Shown: positions 28,462 through 37,896 of the stretch, in pieces | How positions within the stretch are numbered: position 1 is the stretch's first letter | Layout of the letters: every line of letters begins with the position of its first letter | Origin: Nitrososphaerota archaeon | GTDB taxonomy: Archaea; Thermoproteota; EX4484-205; JAAOZP01 | Length of the DNA: 64,000 nucleotides | Direction of reading: 5' to 3' | Assembly (NCBI GenBank): GCA_011605725.1 | Contig: JAAOZP010000011.1 | Location: forward strand, 64,001 to 128,000 | Position numbers and translations under genes: made by a program | Notes under the pieces: generated by a model | What the model saw: the letters and a program-made list of their open reading frames with translations, nothing else | The model's database searches: none | Told to the model about the DNA's origin: nothing

Positions 28462-29508
28462 CTACCGATACCAGTCTAAACTATCCTCAACATAGGTAAT
28501 CATGCTGTAGAAGAAATCCTTCGCTTCACTATTCATACTTGTTTCAGCGATCAGTCTCCTAGCCTCCTCAGCATGCTTTTTAGAGGTTTTCTTAGCTTTT
28601 TCAAGACCACCGGTAAGCCTGACAAGGCTTCTAATCTTCTCAACCTCATCCCCGCTAAGATTTACCCTTCCTCTCAGGCTTTTCAAGAAGCAGGATACTT
28701 CAGGATCAGACGACTCTAAAGCATGGATTATGTGAAGAGGCTTCTTGCCCAGCCTTATGTCTCCGCAGGGAAGCCTACCATACTCATTTTCAGAAGCATA
28801 AGTGTCTATTATGTCGTCCTGAATGTCGAAAGCATAACCAATGTTTACAGCAGCCTCCTTAAGGAGGTGAAGATCCTTCGCTGGAGCATCCCCCAGAATC
28901 CCTCCAGTGAGCATTGTAACCTTGAAGAGGGATGCTGCCCTTTTAGACGCCATGACACGCCATTCCGCAGCATTCACATCCCGGTACTCGAAAAGGAGGT
29001 CAAGCATCTGGCTCTCGTTAACCTCCCTATAGCCTTGTGAAAGCAGGAGCAAAGCCTCAGCAGTCTTCTCAACAGGGAATCCTGAGGAAATTACTGTTTG
29101 AACAGCCAGCGAGTAAGCTATGTTTCCGATGAAAACAGCCACGGCTTCTCCAAGCCTTTCGTCGAACAAGTCTGAGAAAACCCTGTGGATTGTTTTCCCT
29201 CCTCTCCTGTTCTCCTCCTTATCTACGAGATCGTCGTGAACCAGGATGCTCTGCCTGTAAATCTCAATACCGGCACAGACGTTAAGTATTTTCTCATCGA
29301 CAGTGTCTACATAGCCCTTATACGTGGCGAGAGTGCTGCAGGAGGCTAGCCTCTTACCTTTTCGAAGAGTAAACTCCTTCAAGCAACTGTAAGCGTCTTT
29401 TACAAACAGATGATAGCTCTCAGCTTCCTCAATGGTTTTCGAGAAGATTCCTTCAACCTTTTTCTCAATCATCGTACTATACTCCTTGAGAGCTGCCTCC
29501 CAACCCAT
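28462..29508 (-). CDS. Trans-isoprenyl diphosphate synthase (polyprenyl synthetase)
   Basis: GKRL, FARM HDDLVD...RRG, Q.LD, SARM QDDIID, GDIRLGK. Confidence 0.9.
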   Translation of the reverse strand: MGWEAALKEYSTMIEKKVEGIFSKTIEEAESYHLFVKDAYSCLKEFTLRKGKRLASCSTLATYKGYVDTVDEKILNVCAGIEIYRQSILVHDDLVDKEENRRGGKTIHRVFSDLFDERLGEAVAVFIGNIAYSLAVQTVISSGFPVEKTAEALLLLSQGYREVNESQMLDLLFEYRDVNAAEWRVMASKRAASLFKVTMLTGGILGDAPAKDLHLLKEAAVNIGYAFDIQDDIIDTYASENEYGRLPCGDIRLGKKPLHIIHALESSDPEVSCFLKSLRGRVNLSGDEVEKIRSLVRLTGGLEKAKKTSKKHAEEARRLIAETSMNSEAKDFFYSMITYVEDSLDWYR

Positions 29509-29571
29509 ACTGGTTGAGAGACCGCTGTGAGCTCATAAACCTTAAGGTTTGAGTCCTGAACCCTGTGGTTT

Positions 29572-29587
29572 GAAAAATTATATAAAT
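29572..29587 (+). promoter_or_regulatory. BRE/TATA (GAAAAA-TTATATAAA) of the nrpR-like gene
   Basis: Canonical archaeal promoter about 24 nt before ATG 29611. Confidence 0.65.
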
Positions 29588-29610
29588 ATCGAAGGAGGCG
29601 TTACGCTAGG

Positions 29611-30597
29611 ATGGTTAAGCACGCTCAGCGCGAAGAATCCTTTAAAATAGGCATACTCAGAATCCTGAGTGAGAGTAACGAGCCAGTGGGTTCAACAACT
29701 ATAAGCAGGGAACTTGTTAAAAGAGGCTTATTCACCAATGAGAGAACAGTGAGAAACTATTTGAAGACTCTTGAAGATAAGGGTCTTGTCCTTAGCCGTG
29801 GTAAGAATGGGCGTTTGATAACTGAAGCTGGGCTTAAAGAGCTAATCGATTCCCTTACGTATCAGCGTTTAGACTTTGTTCTTACACGCTATCTTTCACT
29901 CGCATACTTGGTAACATTCACGCCCAAGTCTAACAGGGGCAGGGTTGTCGCAAACGTAACTCTCATAGACAAGAATCATCTTGACAGGGCTCTTGAAGTC
30001 TTGCGGAGCCTTAACGACGCTAAGCTGCTTCTCGCACCCTTCCTCAAAATAATAGATGAGGGAGAAACGTATGAGAATATTTCTGTAGACAAGGACAGAG
30101 CTGCCCTTCTAACGGTATGCAACCTGACTGTCGACGGGATTCTCATAAGATCGGGAATACCATTGATCCTTAAGTACGGCGGGATACTGCAGTTTGTAAA
30201 CAAGAAGCCCATGAGATTCGTGGAGCTAATGTCTTACGAGGGCACAACCGTGCCTCCTCTTGAAGTCTTCACGTACAGAAATATGACTTCAATAACGGGT
30301 TTCTTGAAAACCGGGACTGGTTTAATACCTGCAAACTACAGGGAGATACCGAAGGAGGCGCGGGACAGGGTTGAGTCAATACTTTCAAACCTGTCTTTAA
30401 TAGGCTGGAACATTCTGTCAGTAATCGGCCTCCCGGAGGAGCCTATGCTAGGAGTACCTGTTGGAGCCGGCAGGTGCGGTGTCTCCATCATAAGCGGAGT
30501 AACCCCTACCGCAGCCTTGAAGGAGACAGGTTTGAACGTCGAGGTTTTCGCACCTCATTGCTTGACGAGGATTGAAGACATGAAGCCGATCGAATAA
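29611..30597 (+). CDS. nrpR: NrpR-family (DUF128) transcriptional regulator, wHTH plus a single NRD
   Basis: ILRIL....PVGS..I..EL...ERTVR.YL..LE..GL wHTH; G.VVAN, TVCNLTVDGIL...GIP, Y.GTT.PPLEVF, ANYREIP. Confidence 0.85.
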   Translation: MVKHAQREESFKIGILRILSESNEPVGSTTISRELVKRGLFTNERTVRNYLKTLEDKGLVLSRGKNGRLITEAGLKELIDSLTYQRLDFVLTRYLSLAYLVTFTPKSNRGRVVANVTLIDKNHLDRALEVLRSLNDAKLLLAPFLKIIDEGETYENISVDKDRAALLTVCNLTVDGILIRSGIPLILKYGGILQFVNKKPMRFVELMSYEGTTVPPLEVFTYRNMTSITGFLKTGTGLIPANYREIPKEARDRVESILSNLSLIGWNILSVIGLPEEPMLGVPVGAGRCGVSIISGVTPTAALKETGLNVEVFAPHCLTRIEDMKPIE

Positions 30598-30693
30598 GTT
30601 GTTTCTTAATCAAAGAATCTTGAAAAAGAGTATTAGAAAAAAGGATCCGGGGCTAACTATTTTTCAAGCATTATGCACTTTCAACGTAGCGCG

Positions 30694-31659
30694 CTACCAC
30701 CAGGGCTTAACCTCAGGGGGCTCAACGCGCACCAGAGGCTTAAGGAAGAACAATGCCTGCTCAACACCGGAGTCCCTGCTGAAACACGGGTCTTCGTGTT
30801 CAACGCTTAAAACATAGTTGTAACCCGTTTCAAGCAGAGCTGTTATTACATTCCGCCAGGGAACCTGGCCCCAACCGACTGTCCTGAACCTCACTGGCCT
30901 CGCAACCCTGTTCCACGGTCCATATGCTAAAACCCCTGTTTTATCAGCCGTGTAGTGGACAACCTCAACATCTTTCGCGTGAACATGGAATATTCTGTCG
31001 TGAAGCTCATATATGAACGCAACGGGACTCATATGCTGCCAGATGAAGTGTGAAGGATCATAGTTGAAGCCGAGCGCCTTATGTCCTCCAGCAGACTCAA
31101 CCAGAGCCTTAGCCGTATCAAGATTATAGTTTAGCTCCATCGGGTGTGTTTCAAAAGCGATTTTAACCCCATGGTCGCTCGCGTAGTCAAGAATAGGAAG
31201 CCATCTTTCCCTGAATATTTTGAAGTAGTTATTCCAAATCTCCTCGTTCGTCGGTGGAAAGTTATACCATTTTCCCCACTCAGGTACGCCGGTGAAACCG
31301 CATACCACTGGCACGTTGAGTGTTTGCGCTGCCTCTATGGTTTTCTTCATCCTGCTGACGCCGTATTCGATTTTCTCCTTAGGTGTTCCTTTAAACCAGA
31401 TGTCTGTCGACTCGTCATGCGGTCCAAGTATAAGCTGGCTTTCAAGATGGTTGCTTAACGCGGATATTTGCATCCCAAACCTGGTTACGAGGCTTCTTAT
31501 TTCACCCGCCCCGCCTGAGGTGACATGTTCAATGTTGATATGGCTCGAGCCCTTCCAGCATGCCAGTTCAACAGCCTCGTAGCCCAGGGAAGAGACGTAT
31601 TCCAACGTTTTGTCAAGCGGCCGATCGTTGTACAGAACCGTGAAAATGCCTACCTTCAT
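30694..31659 (-). CDS. Sugar-phosphate isomerase/epimerase family (AP_endonuc_2 TIM barrel)
   Basis: EAVEL, FETHP, FNYDPSHF.WQ, HVHAKD, FRTVGWG, SVEHED. Confidence 0.85.
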   Translation of the reverse strand: MKVGIFTVLYNDRPLDKTLEYVSSLGYEAVELACWKGSSHINIEHVTSGGAGEIRSLVTRFGMQISALSNHLESQLILGPHDESTDIWFKGTPKEKIEYGVSRMKKTIEAAQTLNVPVVCGFTGVPEWGKWYNFPPTNEEIWNNYFKIFRERWLPILDYASDHGVKIAFETHPMELNYNLDTAKALVESAGGHKALGFNYDPSHFIWQHMSPVAFIYELHDRIFHVHAKDVEVVHYTADKTGVLAYGPWNRVARPVRFRTVGWGQVPWRNVITALLETGYNYVLSVEHEDPCFSRDSGVEQALFFLKPLVRVEPPEVKPWW

Positions 31660-31713
31660 GTCTCAACACCAAGTTTTAAATAACTATCTCGTGAATATAA
31701 ATGTATCACCCAG

Positions 31714-32283
31714 TTGAAAACCCGGTTTGACAAGGTTACGATCGAAGCATTAATAATCCTCATGGGGGATGTTAATTCAAGCGAGTTGGTATTCCTCCCA
31801 CCGGGTCTCTCCCAAGTTTTCAGCACGGTGCATTTCAATATGTATGAAGAGGCTCTCAGGCTGCCGGCCTACGCCTACGACAAGTCTAGGAGGCAGTATA
31901 ATTCTACACTCGTACTAGAGTACCTCACAATGTCCAAGCCCAGAGGCTACGTGAAGTGTCTCGGGGTTACGGATGCCGACCTTTACGCCGGAGAGTTGAA
32001 CTTCGCCTTCGGAGAGGCAATTCTAAACGGGGAGGATGCAATCGTCTCGCTGCACAGGCTTAGGCCAGAGTTCTACGGGGAGCCTCCTAACAGGAGGCTT
32101 TTCGAGGCGAGGGTTCTAAAGGAGGCTGTTCACGAGCTCGGCCACACCTTCGGCCTAACACACTGCGTGAACCCTGAGTGCGTGATGAGCTTCAGCAACT
32201 CCATAATAGACGTTGACTTTAAGAAGGCTCAGCCATGCTTAAAATGCCAGGTTAAACTCTTCAAGGTTTTCAGAAACATTTAA
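31714..32283 (+). CDS. amzA: Archaemetzincin Zn metalloprotease
   Basis: R.QYNS, DADLY...LNF.FGEA, KEAVHELGHTFGLTHC....CVMSFSNS..DVD.K....C..C. Confidence 0.92.
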   Translation: MKTRFDKVTIEALIILMGDVNSSELVFLPPGLSQVFSTVHFNMYEEALRLPAYAYDKSRRQYNSTLVLEYLTMSKPRGYVKCLGVTDADLYAGELNFAFGEAILNGEDAIVSLHRLRPEFYGEPPNRRLFEARVLKEAVHELGHTFGLTHCVNPECVMSFSNSIIDVDFKKAQPCLKCQVKLFKVFRNI

Positions 32284-32310
32284 TAGCGCGTGCACTACAG
32301 GAACACGCAG

Positions 32311-33525
32311 ATGGGGAGGGTTTCCACCTATATTTGTGGAGACGCCGGCCCAGGAGACAAGTATAACCCTTTTAAAGTAACTCAGCAAGAACATGTGCCA
32401 GAAATCCTGTTCCTGTTAAACCTTGAGCCTCTTACAGTAGATGAGCTTTCAAAAAGGCTGGGCGTAAGCGTTGAGACCGTAAGCAAACTGCTTCAAGACC
32501 TCTTTAGGATTAACGCCGTTTTCGAGAGGGATGAGAAATGGCAAGTCTCATTCCCAATCTTTACTAAACAGGATATTCGCCTTGTATCTGAGAAAACAAG
32601 GAAACCCGCTTTGAGGCTTGCCGAAGAGATAATGAGGATGGGGTCTAGGCTAAAGGAACATTTAGCTAGGCTTTCCTGTGCTAAGCAAGTTGAAAACGAT
32701 AAGATAATGCTGGCTATTGTGGGCTGCTTCATCCTCGACTGGAAAGCCCTGGAAGTCCTGAACGAGAAGGACCTGACACTCTGTGGCAGGAAACAGCAAC
32801 CAGGCGGCCGTAAATACGTCTTGTTAGGGAGGGAAGAGGGTGCGGGAGAGGGCCTTTACGATAGGATGTATTGGGGTAGCCATAGTAATAAATTCGGCAG
32901 AATTATCTTCACAAGCTTCGGCGACCACACTGGTTGCCGATACGCCTTCCCAGACTTAGCATGGAATCTCTACGCGTTGACAAGAAGGAGGGAAAGCAGG
33001 ATGCCCGACTGGTTCTGGGTTAGGATAACGGAGACGCTTAACGTTTTCCAGACAAACTGTATGCTTGAACTCGGAAGAATTCTTTTACTTCTAAATAGTG
33101 AAGGACCAGTGAGCACTTCACTCTTGAGGGAGAAACTTATGATGGAGAGGGAGCAGGCCGAGAGCCTAGTCAAATTGTTGGCTAGCATGAAATACGTCTT
33201 TCTCAATGGAGAGAAAGTAAGGCTGAACTATCCTGTTTTCACAGCTGAGGATAAGAGGGTTATCGAGGATGTTTGGAAAACCGTGTCCGGTATAGTTGAG
33301 AAGGAGGCTTGCGAATACTTTAACTCTCTACAAACCGAGTTGGCCGAAATAACTCCAATCCGCAAGGGAATCGACCCGAGGGAGATCTACACAGATGTGT
33401 GGCACTGGGTCTTCGGATGTGCTAACCGGATCATGGCTGAGAGGGGATTCTTCTTCGACCCGCCTAAAGAAAGAGAGGGTGAGGGAAGGTATATCGCTTG
33501 GATAGAGGAGGATGCATCTCACTAG
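32311..33525 (+). CDS. Winged-helix domain protein of unknown function
   Basis: N-terminal ILFLL...PLTVDELSKRLGVS.ETVSKLL wHTH and a second wHTH-like segment; start inferred from TATA spacing. Confidence 0.7.
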   Translation: MGRVSTYICGDAGPGDKYNPFKVTQQEHVPEILFLLNLEPLTVDELSKRLGVSVETVSKLLQDLFRINAVFERDEKWQVSFPIFTKQDIRLVSEKTRKPALRLAEEIMRMGSRLKEHLARLSCAKQVENDKIMLAIVGCFILDWKALEVLNEKDLTLCGRKQQPGGRKYVLLGREEGAGEGLYDRMYWGSHSNKFGRIIFTSFGDHTGCRYAFPDLAWNLYALTRRRESRMPDWFWVRITETLNVFQTNCMLELGRILLLLNSEGPVSTSLLREKLMMEREQAESLVKLLASMKYVFLNGEKVRLNYPVFTAEDKRVIEDVWKTVSGIVEKEACEYFNSLQTELAEITPIRKGIDPREIYTDVWHWVFGCANRIMAERGFFFDPPKEREGEGRYIAWIEEDASH

Positions 33526-34124
33526 CTTGAAAGAGATTTCCATGCTTGTTGTTGCCGAGTAATCCGGCTAAGGGCTTCATCATACTTTCCCCTGTATGCT
33601 TGAACGAGAAAATAAGTCGATAGCGCTATCCAGGGTATTGGCCAAGCCATGAAAAGCGCTATGAGAATCGCTTGGGTAACAATGTCCGGAGGAGGCTCAG
33701 CGCTTAAAAACACGAATGAGAAAAATAGCCCCCAAGAGAGCAAGAGCGTTAGGAGAGCTGAGAAAAGCATTATCCTCCGCCTAACCCTGAACTGCACGAT
33801 TAAAACCCCTAGGAAGTAATGGATCGAGGTTAACAGCAGGCTGCTGAGGAGCAGTATGCTGCTTAAAGTAGGACGCCCCAAGCATAGTCCTAGGGAAACA
33901 AGGGGAAACACTATGCTAACCCCTACGTACCAGGATGACAACATATACCCTCCATAAGGAAACCAGTAGCCTTTGTAAAGATTGCTAGACCTTCTTATAA
34001 TCCGTTTCTCAAACTCGGTGTAGCGGATGGTAGAACTTTTCTCAGGCTCCTCGTTCCCCCACATCCGAGAAGAAGATACTGTGCAGCTTAAAAATTTTTC
34101 CAAGTTAGCATACACTATAGGCAT
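33522..34124 (-). CDS. Hypothetical multi-pass membrane protein (true start probably downstream of 34124)
   Basis: About four hydrophobic segments in the C-terminal two thirds; fills the gap between neighbouring genes. Confidence 0.55.
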   Translation of the reverse strand: MPIVYANLEKFLSCTVSSSRMWGNEEPEKSSTIRYTEFEKRIIRRSSNLYKGYWFPYGGYMLSSWYVGVSIVFPLVSLGLCLGRPTLSSILLLSSLLLTSIHYFLGVLIVQFRVRRRIMLFSALLTLLLSWGLFFSFVFLSAEPPPDIVTQAILIALFMAWPIPWIALSTYFLVQAYRGKYDEALSRITRQQQAWKSLSS

Positions 34125-34510
34125 TCTAAAGGCTCTTTTCTTTTCACGTCCAAGTTGTCGAAATGTTTATCGTAGCTCACTATTGCCTCGGCCCCCAGTT
34201 TTTTAGCCAGATAGTATTGGATAGCGTCATCGAAATCAAGATTTATTTTATTCATAAGCATGGAAGCAGCCATCTCGTCCTCAATGCTTGTCTCATACAC
34301 GTTAAGCCCCAGCGAGCCTTGAACGTTTCTCAGGAAAGCAAGGATCAGCTCAGAGTTGTTGAGGATGGCTTCGATAGCGTGAATCGTGAATCTGGAGACA
34401 ACTGCTCTAAGCTCCCCGTCGGAGATTTTCTGCAGGAATTTTTCGCATTCCTCGGCCTTCTCCTGCCCGAGGAACAGTTCGAGAAAAATGTTAGTGTCCA
34501 CCAGAAGCAT
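34115..34510 (-). CDS. vapC: PIN-domain toxin, VapC family
   Basis: LVDTNIFLE, DFDDAIQY, SYDKHFD acidic tetrad. Confidence 0.9.
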   Translation of the reverse strand: MLLVDTNIFLELFLGQEKAEECEKFLQKISDGELRAVVSRFTIHAIEAILNNSELILAFLRNVQGSLGLNVYETSIEDEMAASMLMNKINLDFDDAIQYYLAKKLGAEAIVSYDKHFDNLDVKRKEPLECL

Positions 34511-34741
34511 TTAGTCCATGTTCCTCCAAGCCTTATGCTGAAGTTCTACTGATGTGGATTCTGACCTTATGCAACCCCTCAAAACTTTCCAGTCAACGTT
34601 GCTGGAAGAGATGAAACGTTTCATCGCATCCTCGAGAGCTGCTTTTACCGCACCCTTTTTGTAACCGTAGGTTTCCATAGCCTTTTTCCTGAATTTTTTG
34701 GCTAAGGCCTCTGGTATCTCGGCTTTGATAACTTCGGACAT
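34511..34741 (-). CDS. vapB: Cognate antitoxin (ribbon-helix-helix-like)
   Basis: 76 aa immediately upstream of vapC; KKFRKKAM..YG.KKGA, SVELQHKA..W; TTTATAA about 25 nt upstream. Confidence 0.8.
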   Translation of the reverse strand: MSEVIKAEIPEALAKKFRKKAMETYGYKKGAVKAALEDAMKRFISSSNVDWKVLRGCIRSESTSVELQHKAWRNMD

Positions 34742-34999
34742 AAGTACATATGGTAAATAAGTCTCTTATAAACTTTTTATGCTGATAGTAAAATCCCTTC
34801 AAATCCGTAGAGCATGCTATAACCCTGTGTTCAAATGAAGCGTACGCAGATAATCTTTAGGCTAAATTTAGGCCCGTAGTCTCTGGAGAGCCATGCCTGG
34901 TGTATCAAGCCCCGCTTCTAGCCAAGCGTTAATCCGGGGTAAGAGCTCGAAGCCAGCTTACACGATAAAAGAGTTTTTAAACTCCAGGGTTTTAAGAGG

Positions 35000-35917
35000 T
35001 TGATGATGAAGATACTGATTACTGGTGGAGCAGGGTTTATAGGTCACAACCTCGCTATCCGTCTAAAGAATAACGGTTTTGAAGTCAGTGTTTTGGACTC
35101 TCTTGAGAGGTCAACCGGGTTCGCTTTTGAAAGACTGAAGGAGGAAAACATCCCGGTAGTCAGAGCAGGAGTGGAAAACACGGACGTTGTTAAGAATGCT
35201 TTGAAGGGTGTTGACGCTGTTGTTCACGCCGCGGCCTATACGGATGTTGCGGAGTCGATGGAGAACCCTGTGCTCTACCTGGATAACAATGCTCTGGGAA
35301 CAGCACTGGTTGCAGAGGCTTCTTTAAAAACAGGGGTTAAGCTACTCATATACTTGAGCTCGGCGGCTGTCTACGGGGATCCCGTCAGGCTACCCATAGA
35401 TGAGAACCATCCAACCAACCCATTGTCCCCATACGGTTTGAGCAAGCTTATGGGCGAGGATGTTGTCAGGTTTTTCTCGAGGCTTGGACTTAATTATATT
35501 GTCCTCAGGCTTTTCAACGTTTACGGTCCCGGTCAGAATGCTGCATATGCTGGCGTAATAACGAGGTTCATGGAAAGAGTGCGCAAAGGGCTTCCTCCAG
35601 TAGTCTACGGGGATGGCGAGCAGACGCGTGACTTTATTCATGTCGAAGATGTTTCTCAGGCTGTTGAGCTCGCTGTTTCAGCACAATGTTTAAACCAAGT
35701 TTTCAACATAGGTGCAGGTAAACCCGTGAGGATCAGGGACCTCGCCATCCTGGTCATGAGGCTCCACGGGGTTTATGGCGAGCCTGTTTACGCTGAGAAG
35801 AGGCCGGGTGACATAAAGCATAGTTACGCGGATGTTTCCAAGGCGATGAGCCTTCTGGGGTTCAAGCCGAGGATAGGGCTGGATGAAGGGTTGAAGAAGC
35901 TTATGCAGGAGCCTTGA
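35000..35917 (+). CDS. NAD-dependent nucleotide-sugar epimerase/dehydratase (GalE-like)
   Basis: ITGGAGFIG, SSAAVYG, YGLSK, FNVYGPGQ, GDGEQTRDFIHVED, RPGDI.HS.AD. Confidence 0.92.
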   Translation: MMMKILITGGAGFIGHNLAIRLKNNGFEVSVLDSLERSTGFAFERLKEENIPVVRAGVENTDVVKNALKGVDAVVHAAAYTDVAESMENPVLYLDNNALGTALVAEASLKTGVKLLIYLSSAAVYGDPVRLPIDENHPTNPLSPYGLSKLMGEDVVRFFSRLGLNYIVLRLFNVYGPGQNAAYAGVITRFMERVRKGLPPVVYGDGEQTRDFIHVEDVSQAVELAVSAQCLNQVFNIGAGKPVRIRDLAILVMRLHGVYGEPVYAEKRPGDIKHSYADVSKAMSLLGFKPRIGLDEGLKKLMQEP

Positions 35918-35991
35918 AGCTTCCGAAGCGTTTGAAGGCGCTTCTGCTTTTCAGCTTAAAATTTTAAAAACCCGGTTTCTCCTGAAACCTC

Positions 35992-37791
35992 ATGGGCCCG
36001 GCTGCTCGCACCGCAGCCTGTTTAACGCTGCTAGCCTGTTTAACACTGATGGTGGTAAAGGTTTATCCTGAGAAGACTCTTCAGACGAGCCTGCAGATAA
36101 TCGGTGGAGAGGATGACTACGTGGTTTTCAACGACCTGGTTGTTCTCGGCAACGCTGTCTACATCGGAGGCTGCTCAGGAAGCTTTGAAAACCATGTTTG
36201 GACGGTTTGGAAGATTAGTTTAGACGGCAAGCTGGTTTCATACGTTAGCGGGGAAAAAGGCTATGTTATGAGCATTGCTTCCGACGGCTTAAGAATATAT
36301 GTTGCAGGCCTACTGGAGCATGATGATTTTCCGAAGACGACAGGCTTCTTAGCAGCGTTTAACATGGATCTTGAAAAAACATGGGTGAAAGAATGGGTAG
36401 GGTCATCCCTTTTCAGCCATTTCGAAAGCATCGTTGCGCAGGATGGTGTGATCTATGTTGCCGGGGAGGCTCAATACTTTGGCGAGCGGGCTACTGACGT
36501 TGTCCTCCATAAATATAATGCTGATGGTTCACTCCTCTGGGAGAAAACTTTCGTTGAAGCCGGGTATCAGAAAGCGGATTCGATGGCTATGCGAAATGGG
36601 AAAATATTCATCGTGGGCACTACTACCCAATACGGTTCAAGCGTGAACGTGGACGGGCTGCTACTGGTGGTTGACGAGAATGGGAGCAAGGTTAACCGTG
36701 TCGGCTGGGACGGTGGGAAACGCGACTTCTTCTCAAGCGTCAAAGTGTGGGATGGAGTATACGTTTGCGGATACACGGATTCTTACGGCGAGGGGAACCT
36801 GGATGGGCTACTGCTTAAAATAGACTTTTCCGGCACGGTTTTATGGTGGAGAACATTCGGAGGACCTGGTGACGATTCTCTCGTAAGCCTCTGCATAGAT
36901 AACGGGAAGATACATGCGGTTGGCCACGTGACTAGCACCGTAGGGATGCTGCCCTTATACTTGCAGTACGGGTTAAACGGAACTCTTATCGGCAACTGGA
37001 CGCTTTCAATAGACTTACTATCATCCTGGACAGGGGTTTACCCTGCTGACGGCGTTATCCACATGGTTGGGAATAACGTGAGAAGCCTGTTTCGGAACAG
37101 AGGCATCTACGCTAAGTATGTAACATTCTACAGGTTAACCGTGAACTTTCCGGATGATGGTTTCTGGGCTTCTTTAGACGGTGAAAACAAGACTGGGAGA
37201 AGCGTCAGCTTTGAGGCCACTGGTGTGGAGCACAGGCTTGAAGCATCCCTTTACAAGACTATTGGGGAAACCAGAATGGCTTTCAGCATGTGGAGCGACG
37301 GTGCTGCCGATAATCCCCGCTTTATAAGGTTGAACAAGGATATTGCTCTCGAAGCCTTCTACAGGGTTGAGCATCATGTGGATGTGTCGAGCGAGCTTGG
37401 AGAAGCCTCTGGAGAAGGATGGTATGCCGAGGGCTCTACTGCAACAGTAACAGTAACGCCCAGCGTAATTCCTAAGGATTTTTTCACAAACCATGTTTTC
37501 GACGGATGGGTTGAGAACGGGAGGAAGGTATCGTCTTCAGCCGTTTACTCGTTCATCGTTACGAAGCCTGTTCGCCTCAAAGCAAGCTGGAGAACAGAGC
37601 CGAACCCAGTCATGCTAATCTTTATAGGACTAATAGCGGTTCTTCTCGCTGTTGCTTTTCTGCTGGCTTTTTTGACAAGTAGGAGGAGGAGAGTACCTAT
37701 CCCGCCTCCGCCACCTCCCCCACCAGATGCGCATTCGATAGGGTTCACATGGCTTGAAGCGCGCGCTCACAGGTGGCTAAAGCATGTTTAG
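35992..37791 (+). CDS. Cell-surface protein: beta-propeller plus two beta-sandwich repeats, TM anchor and poly-Pro tail
   Basis: Signal peptide; IYVAG blades with DG.LLW; F..WSDG and GEGWY.EG repeats like those in the 2005-aa protein; TM, then RRRR, then PPPPPPPP. Confidence 0.75.
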   Translation: MGPAARTAACLTLLACLTLMVVKVYPEKTLQTSLQIIGGEDDYVVFNDLVVLGNAVYIGGCSGSFENHVWTVWKISLDGKLVSYVSGEKGYVMSIASDGLRIYVAGLLEHDDFPKTTGFLAAFNMDLEKTWVKEWVGSSLFSHFESIVAQDGVIYVAGEAQYFGERATDVVLHKYNADGSLLWEKTFVEAGYQKADSMAMRNGKIFIVGTTTQYGSSVNVDGLLLVVDENGSKVNRVGWDGGKRDFFSSVKVWDGVYVCGYTDSYGEGNLDGLLLKIDFSGTVLWWRTFGGPGDDSLVSLCIDNGKIHAVGHVTSTVGMLPLYLQYGLNGTLIGNWTLSIDLLSSWTGVYPADGVIHMVGNNVRSLFRNRGIYAKYVTFYRLTVNFPDDGFWASLDGENKTGRSVSFEATGVEHRLEASLYKTIGETRMAFSMWSDGAADNPRFIRLNKDIALEAFYRVEHHVDVSSELGEASGEGWYAEGSTATVTVTPSVIPKDFFTNHVFDGWVENGRKVSSSAVYSFIVTKPVRLKASWRTEPNPVMLIFIGLIAVLLAVAFLLAFLTSRRRRVPIPPPPPPPPDAHSIGFTWLEARAHRWLKHV

Positions 37792-37869
37792 AGAGCAGGG
37801 TTGACGCTGCTGTACTATTTCTCTACGGCTCCACGCCGCCTGGAGTCTTGAAAAACACCAGTCTCAGGC

Positions 37870-37883
37870 TTTTTTTTAAAAAA
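37870..37883. terminator. T8/A6 tract between convergent genes (possible bidirectional oligo-T terminator)
   Basis: tttttttt-aaaaaa lies between the stops at 37791 (+) and 37897 (-). Confidence 0.45.
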
Positions 37884-37896
37884 CTCGTGTAAACTC

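Noticed and set aside
36015-36050. 18-bp tandem near-duplication (AGCCTGTTTAACGCTGCT / AGCCTGTTTAACACTGAT)
   Set aside because: Only two copies, in frame within a signal peptide; not a CRISPR or a contingency repeat.
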